Source of the DNA: Lama guanicoe
Lineage: Eukaryota
DNA: 64,000 nucleotides
Direction of reading: 5' to 3'
Assembly: GCA_013239625.1 (NCBI GenBank)
Contig: MU054338.1
Coordinates: forward strand, 2,854,977-2,918,976
Below are positions 46,060-64,000 of this stretch, piece after piece; positions within the stretch are counted from its first letter, which is position 1; the number at the start of each line of letters is the position of its first letter. The notes below the pieces were generated by a model. That model was not told the DNA's origin, made no database searches, and saw only the letters and a list, made by a program, of their open reading frames with translations. The translations under genes and the position numbers were made by a program.

Positions 46060-46626
46060 TATGTAAGTTAGTAATTGCTGCATAACAAATTATCCCTGAA
46101 TTTAATAACTTAAAAGAGCAAATATTATCTTATTTCTGTGCTCCAGAAATCAGGAGTGGCTTAGCTGGGTGGTTCTGGCTCAAGACTCTAGTGTTGTTGC
46201 AGTCAAGCTGTTGGCTGGGGCTATGGTCTCATCCAAAGGTTTGGCTGAGGGAGGGGCCACTTCTGAGATCACTCAAATGGTTATTGGAAGGCCTCAGCTC
46301 CTTGCTGGTTGTTAAGCAGAGGCTTGAGGTCCTCCCTATATAGATTTTACTATAGGCAGCTTGAGTATCCTCATAACATGACCATTGAATTCCTTCAGAG
46401 TGAGAGATCTGTGTCAGTGTATGAGAAAAAGTGAGAAACAGCATGCCCAGGAAGGCAGTCACAGTCTTTTTATAACCTAATACCAGACTTGCCATCCATC
46501 ATTTCTGCCACGTGCTGCTGGTTACACAGACTAAGACCCTGACACAATGTGGGAGGGGACTTCACAATCATGTGAATGCCAAGAGGCGGAGATCACTGGG
46601 GTCCAGCTTGGAGGCTGCCCACCACA
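46060..46626 (-). mobile_element. MaLR (MLT1-type) solo LTR
   Basis: attgctgcataacaaattatccc...ggcttagctgggtggttctggctc...ggaggctgcccaccaca. Confidence 0.65.
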
Positions 46627-47439
46627 CTAGAGCAATGAGAACAAATGCAATAGAGGGTTCTGTCTTCCCACCAGTTTGCAGCAGGCAGAAAGCATGCTAC
46701 GGAAAAACAAGGCAGGAAAGTAGGGCAAAATTCTAACACAGGTTACTTGGGTTTGTGGGGGTTATAGGGGATTTTTCTCCCTTTTTTGCTAGTGTCCAAG
46801 TTTTCTTTAATGGAGCTCTATTACTTTTACAATAGAAAATATTATTTTAAAATACAAGACAATTGAATTAAGCCTCTAGGTCTAAGTTACAGGAATTACA
46901 AGGGATGTGAGACATTCTCCAAGCTGGCTGACCTGCTTGCTCCAGAAAGTCGATGTTGTGAAAAATAAACAAGATTCTAATTTAAAAGGATTAGAGGAAC
47001 ATAATCCTTACTTGTAGTGCATGAACCTTGATCTGATCCTGGTTAAAAAAAAAGGTGCAAAAACTTCTTAAAACAATGAAGAAATTGAAAATGGACTGAA
47101 TATTAAATAATATCTTGGCATAAATACGATTTTTTTTGGTGTGATAAAGGTATCTAACTTATGTAATAAAATTTCCTTATTCTTAGGAAATGCTGAAGTA
47201 TTTAGGGGGGAAATGTCATGATAGATGTATGAAACTTACTTCCAAATTTGTTTAGAAACAAATATGTATATATTTACACACAGATATATAAACCACATAC
47301 GGGAAAATGTTAATTGCTGAATCTAGGTACAGTGTTGTGGTAGTTTTAAAATATGTGCATAAAGTCTTTGACAGTCCCCCTTTCCAAAGGTGGAGCCCAA
47401 TTCTTCTCCCCTTGAATGTGAGTTGGAGTTAGTGACTCA

Positions 47440-47540
47440 TTTTTTTAAAATTTATTTATTTTATTTAAATTTTGTTGGGGAGAGGTAATTATGTTTATCT
47501 ATTTTATTTTTTAATGGAGGTAATGGGAATTGAACCCAGT
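47440..47540 (-). mobile_element. Partial tRNA-derived SINE inserted in an MLT1-type LTR
   Basis: T-rich tail + gaggtaattatg + gggaattgaacccag; 5' part missing. Confidence 0.65.
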
Positions 47541-48454
47541 GGATGCTAGGCATCCTGGGTTCTCTCACCACCCCTGGACTGATGTCTTGACTGCAGTCTC
47601 ATGAAAGACCCTCAGCCAGAACCCCCCAGATACCTGGCCCACTGAATCTGCATGAGACAATAAATGTTGTTTTAGGCGACTAAATTCTGGGGTAATTTAT
47701 CAGGCACCAATAGGTAACCAATAGAAGAACATACTGTGTTCATTGTGCTACCCTTTTTATGCTTTCTAAATGTTTGAAATATTGAAAACTACAGTTTAGC
47801 ACTGTGAAATAAAGGATTATATCCTTTATAGTCTCAAATGGAGGTAAAGAGACAGGCCCAAAAACACACAGCCAGACAATGTCAGTGACCCCTCCACCCC
47901 CGGCCACTTCCCTGAGAGTGAAGCCCTGTAGGGCTCCTCTGTCTGACATTCGAGATCAGGAGGCTCCTGGGGGTCTGCCAAACCTCACCTCTTGTCATCA
48001 CCCACTTTGCCCTCTCTGCCTTAGCTAATTAGAACTATTCATAGCTTATTACCTCCAGGCCTTTGTCCAAGCAGTCACCTCTGCTGGAAGAGACCTCTCT
48101 CCAATCCGTCTAAAGTAATCCTCTTCCTCCAGGAAGCCCTCCCTGACCACCTTTCTCATGCTGGATGTAGTCTTCTCTGAGCTCCCAAAGCAACTCCTTC
48201 TTGTAATAACCATTGGTTGTATTTGCTGGGTGTTTACTATGTGCCTGGCTCTCTGTTGAGGGTTTGGCCCATGTTCTCTGTGATATCATCACAATCTTCA
48301 CAGCAGCTCTGTTTATAAACCAAACACTGTTGTGACTCCCATTTTACAGATGAGTAAACTAAGGCCCAAACCACTTGCTTAAGATTGCCCAGCTTTTGTG
48401 CAGCAGAAATAGTACTTCGACCCTCTAGGGTCCATACTTTGAATCCCAGTGGCC

Positions 48455-48950
48455 AGTAGAAGAGTGGGCCCTAAAGATGACCATGTCCTAATCCTGAGAA
48501 CCTGTGAATATGGTGACATTTGTGGCAAAAGAGATGTTGCTGATGTAATTCAATTAAGGACCTTGAGATGGAGAGGTGATCCTGGATGATTTTGATGGGC
48601 CATGTGTGATCACAGCGTCCGTATAAGAAGGAAGCAGGAGGGTCAGAAGAGATGTGTGACTGCAACAACACGAGAAGGACCCAACTTGCTGTTGCAGCTT
48701 TGAAGATGTAGGAAGGGGCCACAAGCCAAGGGATGCAGGCGGCTTGTAGAAGCTGGAAAAGGCCAGAAAATGGCTTCTCCCCTAAAGCCTCTAGAAGGAA
48801 TGCAATTCTGCCCATACTTGGATTTTAGCCCACTGAGACCCATGGGGGGCTTCTGATCTCCAGAATGTACCATTTCCAATTAGATTTGCACTGTCTTAAG
48901 TTGCTAAATTTGTGGTAATTTGTCACAGAAGTAATAAGAAATCCATACCA
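48455..48950 (+). mobile_element. MaLR (MLT1-type) solo LTR
   Basis: catgtcctaatcctgagaacctgtgaatatg...aagccaagggatgcaggcggc...ctaaatttgtggtaatttgtcacag. Confidence 0.75.
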
Positions 48951-49999
48951 AACCTTTGAAACAAACAACCCTAGGAAATAAGTACTGATATTTCTTACCA
49001 ACTTATAGTTTCAGATGGGCTTGTCTATATCCCCACAGCTTGCAGAGGGACATTCGAACCTAGGACCGTCAGACCCCAATCACACTCCTGGATTCCAACC
49101 CCCTATGCTATCCCTCTGCCTCAGTTTCCTTATCTGGAAAGTAGGGATGGAAAAGAACAATTGACATGGGAATGAAATTAACTATGTTAAATTCTTACTT
49201 ACTGTTTGTGGCTTGGAACTGCTCCATAAATGTTAGTTATAATTCTACTTGGGTAAGTGCTCAGTAGGTATCTGCCAATGACAAGACTGATAGCTAATGG
49301 TCCAGGCTGTAAACTGGAGAGCAAGCCTGTGGCACACAGTAGGAGCTCGGGCCACCTGCTGATTAGAAGGGGACGTTTCATGCAGTTCTGGGCGGGGCCG
49401 AGATGGCGCCTTCCCCACCTTGCCTCCCCGGGCCAGGTGTCAGGCCCCATCTCTCAGGGAACAGGAAGTAATGTCACCTCCCCAGGTGATTACTATTGGC
49501 TCAACCTTGGGATTCACTGTCCTCTTATTTGGCGGGAAGGCATGGATGCTCTCTCTGCTCAACCCGCCACTTTGAGGGCCCTCCTAATCCTCTTGGGGAA
49601 CCCTGCCCCCAGCTTTCAACAGAGCTGATCTTTTTTTCAGCTGCTTGACATAGCTCAGCCAGGCCTGGGCAGGAAGCTTCTGGTTTTCTGCACTGGCTCA
49701 AGGTCTGGGGGAGAAGTTTCCACCGAATCAGGAAGGCGTTGGAGGTGAGGACTCGCAGAAGTGGCACTCTTGCTCTGGGATGGACTGAATGTGTAACCTC
49801 AGGCAAGGCATGCCCCTCTCTGGGCCTCAGTGTCCCCATCTGTACCTTGGCCTAATCCAGGCCCCTCTGTACCAACTTCCTCATTCATTATGGGACTTCC
49901 ATCCCTAAGCATTTTAGCAAATAAAAATATGAAACACCCAGTAAGATCTGAATTTCAGATAAAAAAATACTTTAATGTTTTATAATTTAAGTTTATAAT

Positions 50000-50140
50000 T
50001 AAATTTTTTTAATTTAATTTTTTGGGGGGAGGTAATTAGGTTTATTTTATTTATTTATTTTTAATGGTAGTGCTGGGGCTTGAACCCAGGACCTTGTGCA
50101 TACCAGGCACACACTCTACCACTGAGCTATACCCTTCCCC
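50000..50140 (-). mobile_element. tRNA-derived SINE (Vic-1-like)
   Basis: ttgaacccaggacc...ctctaccactgagctataccc; TSD taagttta(t/c)aat at 49988-49999 and 50141-50152. Confidence 0.85.
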
Positions 50141-50732
50141 TAAGTTTACAATCTTAACCATTTTTTAAAAAGCTATTTTAAAAAATATTTTTACTGGATG
50201 CTTTGTGCATTTATTGTTAAGTATTTTCATTGTGACAAAATATACAATCAATTTACCATTTTAATCATTTCAAAATGCACAGCTCAGTGGCATTAAGCAC
50301 ATTCATATTGTTGTGCAACTATGCTCACCATCTATCTCCATAACTTTCTCACTTTCCCAAACTGAAACTGTCCCCATTAAACACTGACTCCCCCTCCCCC
50401 TCCCCTAGCCCCTGGCCCCACCAACTACTTCCTGTCTCTGTGGATCTGACTCCTTTAGGGACTTCCTATGAGTGGAATCACATAGTGTTTGTCCTTATGT
50501 GACTAGTTCCTTTCAGTGAACATAATTTCTTCAGGGTTCACCCATGCTGTAGAATGTATAATAAACATTTCTTTCGTATAACTATGTCACAAATATTGCA
50601 TGGAACATACGTAACACTAAAAGAGTATTTGTTGTGTATCTACAATTCAGATTTAACTGAATTTTATCTGGCAATTCTACCTACAACCTTTCTTTCCATA
50701 GCAGCCTCCAGCATTATTTTAAATAGCTTTAT

Positions 50733-50839
50733 TTGTTTTATTATTATTATTATTTTTAATGGAGGTACTGGGGATTGAACCCAGGACCTCGTGTATGCCA
50801 AGCATGCATTCTACCACTGAGATGTATCCACTCCCCTGC
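50733..50839 (-). mobile_element. tRNA-derived SINE (Vic-1-like)
   Basis: ggggattgaacccaggacc...ctaccactgag; TSD aaa(t/c)agctttat at 50721-50732 and 50840-50851. Confidence 0.85.
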
Positions 50840-50849
50840 AAACAGCTTT

Positions 50850-51440
50850 ATCGATATCTAATTTACATACCCTAAAATTCACCTTTCTAAAGTGTACAAT
50901 TGAATGAATTTCATTGCATACTTACAGAGCTCTAGGATCATCACCACAATCTAATTTTGGAACATTTCCGTAAGCCTAAAAAGAAACCTCATACCCCTTT
51001 GCAGTCACCCTGGATTCCTACCCTCAGCTCAAGGCAAACACTGATCTACTTTGTGTCTTGAAGAATTTGCCTTTTTTGGACATTCTATCAAATGTCTTAT
51101 GATGTTGGAATCATAGAGTATGTGACCTGCCTGGCTTTTTTTTTAACTGAGTATAATGTTTTTGAGGTTAATCCCTGTTGTAGTGTGTATATCAGTGCTT
51201 TGTTTCTTCTTACTGCTGAAGAGTCAGCAATACAATTCATCATCAGGGTACACCACATTTGGTTTATTTACCTGTTGATGGACATTTGGGTTATTTCCTC
51301 TTTTTTTTTTGCTTTTGTGAATAATGCTGTTATGACTTTTAGTTGTATATGTTTTGGTGTGGACGTTTGTTTTCATTTGTCTTGGGTAGATACCTAGGGT
51401 TGGAATTGTTGGGTCATATGGTAAGTCTATGTTGAACTTT
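50850..51440 (-). mobile_element. L1M 3' end fragment
   Basis: aatttacataccctaaaattcacc...ggaatcatagagtatgtg...tgggtcatatggtaagtctatgtt. Confidence 0.75.
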
Positions 51441-52229
51441 GTTAAAAAAAGTCTTTTTTGAGATATATTTCACATGCATAAGGATGTTTCTTGACGTTAA
51501 AGTATTATCTCTGTACCTGGTGATCAAATCTCTCCAGTTTTTTTGTCCAAGAAGTCAAAATAAGATGAAAGTGAAAATAAAATTTTAAATTTAAAAAAAT
51601 AAAAAAGAAGTTAAAATAAAACCCAAACTTCTCACAGATATTTACAAGGTATATGATAGGTCCTCAACAGATCCTTTTGTTAATCCCTCTGCCACAGATG
51701 CCCTCCCAGCGCCCACCCCACTACATGGACCTGTCTGTAGTCATCTTTGAACTCTGGTTAAACTATTTCCTCCACAAAACCTTCCTGGCCCTCCGGGATA
51801 GACGAAGTCTCAGCCGTTACTCAGCTCTTTCTTAAACACTCTATTTTACTTTGAGTTTCTTCCACGGATCCTAGTTACAAAGGAATTAACGTTTCTTTGC
51901 CCTGCTAGACATTGAATTCCTCAAGAGCGGTGGGTAACAGTTTTCCCAGTATTTACAACTGGTAGGCACAGTTTCCAGAGCCTTAGGGGTGGTGAAAGCG
52001 TTTAATCCTTACTCCCCTATAAGATCGGTATCATTATGAGTCCCATTTTACAGGCAGGGAGCCTGAGGCACAGAGGTTACGTAATTTGGCCAGCCAGTGC
52101 TCAATACATTTTTCTCGACTGAATTAATATGTATATTGGGTATTCTGTGGCTCTGGCATATGGTAATAAATTCACCTTGAGAGAAGAAATAAGTGTTTTG
52201 TGCATCTTTTGGCTGTTTATCCTCAGACC

Positions 52230-62244
<10,015 letters not shown>

Positions 62245-62364
62245 GTAGGGGCGGGGCGGCGCACCTGGCCTGAGGGGGACTTCCTCCCACCAGGGGTCTC
62301 ATCTGGCAGCCTGCTCTCCCTCCCTGGCCTTTCCTTCTTTCTTTTTTAACATATATTAAAAAAA

Positions 62365-62880
62365 AAAGTGAGGTAGTGTACACATATCATGAAATGCCCC
62401 CTTTCAAAGTATACTATTCAGTGGGTTTTAGTACATTCACAGAGTTGTGCCACTGTCACCTCTGTCTCTGTCTAGTTCCAGAACTTTCCATCACCCCAAA
62501 AAGAAGCCCTGTCCCCATCAGCAGTCACTCCCCATCCTCCTCCCCAGCCCTTGACAACCAGGAATTCACTCTCTGTCTGTGGACTGGCCTGTTCAGGACA
62601 TTTCATATCTATGGAGTCACACATTGTGTGTCCTGTGTCTGCTTCTCTCACTGAACATCATGTTCTCAGGGTCCGTCCACGTGGGAGCGGGTATCAGTGC
62701 TGCTCTCCTGCTCACGGTTGAGTGATGCTCCCGTGTGTGGAGGGACCACGTGTTTATCCATCCATCTCTTGATGGACATTTGGGTTGTTTCTGCTTTGGG
62801 CAGTTACAAATAATGCTGCCGTGAACATTCAGGTAACAGGTTTTTGTGTGGACGTGAGTTTTAAGTTCTCTTGGATAGAT
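62365..62880 (-). mobile_element. L1M 3' end fragment
   Basis: ttcaaagtatactattcagtggg...ccccaaaaagaagccctg...gatggacatttgggttgtttc. Confidence 0.75.
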
Positions 62881-64000
62881 TCTCTTTCCTGCCTTTTTTC
62901 CTCTCCTCTGCCTTTTGACTGCTTCTGAATATTTGGGTGCAGAATGGAAGGACCAGGATTTAGCAGCAAGTTCTTTTGCTAGAGTAAGGCATTCTTTTTA
63001 TGATTTGTAAAAATAACATTTGCTTTTGGTTCCAGTTGTAACTATAAGCCACGCTCATAGATATGTTAGAAGATGCAAAAAAAAAAAAAAAAGATGCAAA
63101 AGCATAAACAAGCTGGTGGAAAATGCCTGCACTGAGGGGTTTCTGTGCCGAGGACTAGAAACACCCTGATGTCTTTCTCAGTGTTCCTGCGTGTGCCTCG
63201 TGTCGGGGTGCGGGTAAAGTACAGAGTTGGCAGTCATACGTACAGTATGTGCCGTGCTGCTTATCCACCTAAAATGAGAGTATTTCCTTGTCACTAAATA
63301 TTATTTTATGATGCAGTTTTCAGTGCTTGAGAAGTAATCTATGGTATGACTAAATTCTAACTAATATCTTGGTAAGATTTTGGGCATTAAGCTTTCCCTC
63401 AACTTTTCATGATCTACTAGGCATTAGTTTTAAAAAGTCCCTGCTGTTTCTGTTTATACTTGTTGGAGAAGTTAAACAGAAATATGTAGAAAATGAATGC
63501 TCCCCCTCATCCTACCCCATAGAGATAAATCACTATTTGTAGGTCAGTATATATTCATCCTTTATGTTTTTTTTTTTTTTTTTTTTGCGGGAGATGGTGG
63601 AGCCAGCTTTGCATTAAACGAATTTGAGAATTCACTACCACAACACCTTTTCTCCGCACTCGGAGACATTCAGAAGACCTCTTCCCTCCTAACCCCGTGC
63701 CCCGGCACGTCGTCGGTGTTCCTTGCCCCCATGGCAGGGGCGGTGGCGGGGAGGATGCCATGGTTTTCCATCGGGTCAGCTTTGTGCTTTCTCTCTAGTT
63801 AACATGACTTTGTCGCTGTTTTCCTGTGAGTCTCTGGATCTGGTCTTCATGTTCACACTTCTCAGGCTCTCTGTGGAAGGCCTCCTGTTGTGAGGGTTTC
63901 GCCGCAGACCCCACTGCAGCCTCGGGGAGTAGGGGCCCCAGGGTCCGGCAGGAGGGTTGCTGAGCCGTCTGCCCGGCTCCATTCTCTCTGGGGTCACAGG

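Noticed and set aside
62245..64000. TDP-43-repressed HDGFL2 cryptic exon known from human
   Set aside because: As I recall it lies in a later intron, beyond this window. Nothing here supports it.

Overview
Mammalian genomic DNA, probably camelid (inferred from tRNA-Ala-derived Vic-1-like SINEs). The gene order matches human chr19p13.3. It contains coding exon 1 of SH3GL1 (minus strand; the rest lies left of the window). CHAF1A is complete (plus, 15 coding exons, 2898 nt, 965 aa) and so is UBXN6 (minus, 10 coding exons, 1323 nt, 440 aa). The first 4 coding exons of HDGFL2 follow (plus; the gene continues right of the window). Each gene start sits in a CpG island. Introns and intergenic DNA carry MER20/MER5/MER53/Tigger DNA transposons, MaLR LTRs, L1/L2/MIR fragments, lineage SINEs and a tiny 3'-truncated U6 retrocopy. 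I found no evidence of a novel multi-gene system. The most notable observations are an apparent precise intron loss in UBXN6, its tandem stop with an adjacent poly(A) signal, a rare GAG acceptor in CHAF1A, a TFAP2-like motif array in HDGFL2 intron 1, and a 14-mer shared by the UBXN6 and HDGFL2 promoters. Repeat family names and human comparisons come from recall, not from searches. Repeat boundaries are approximate.
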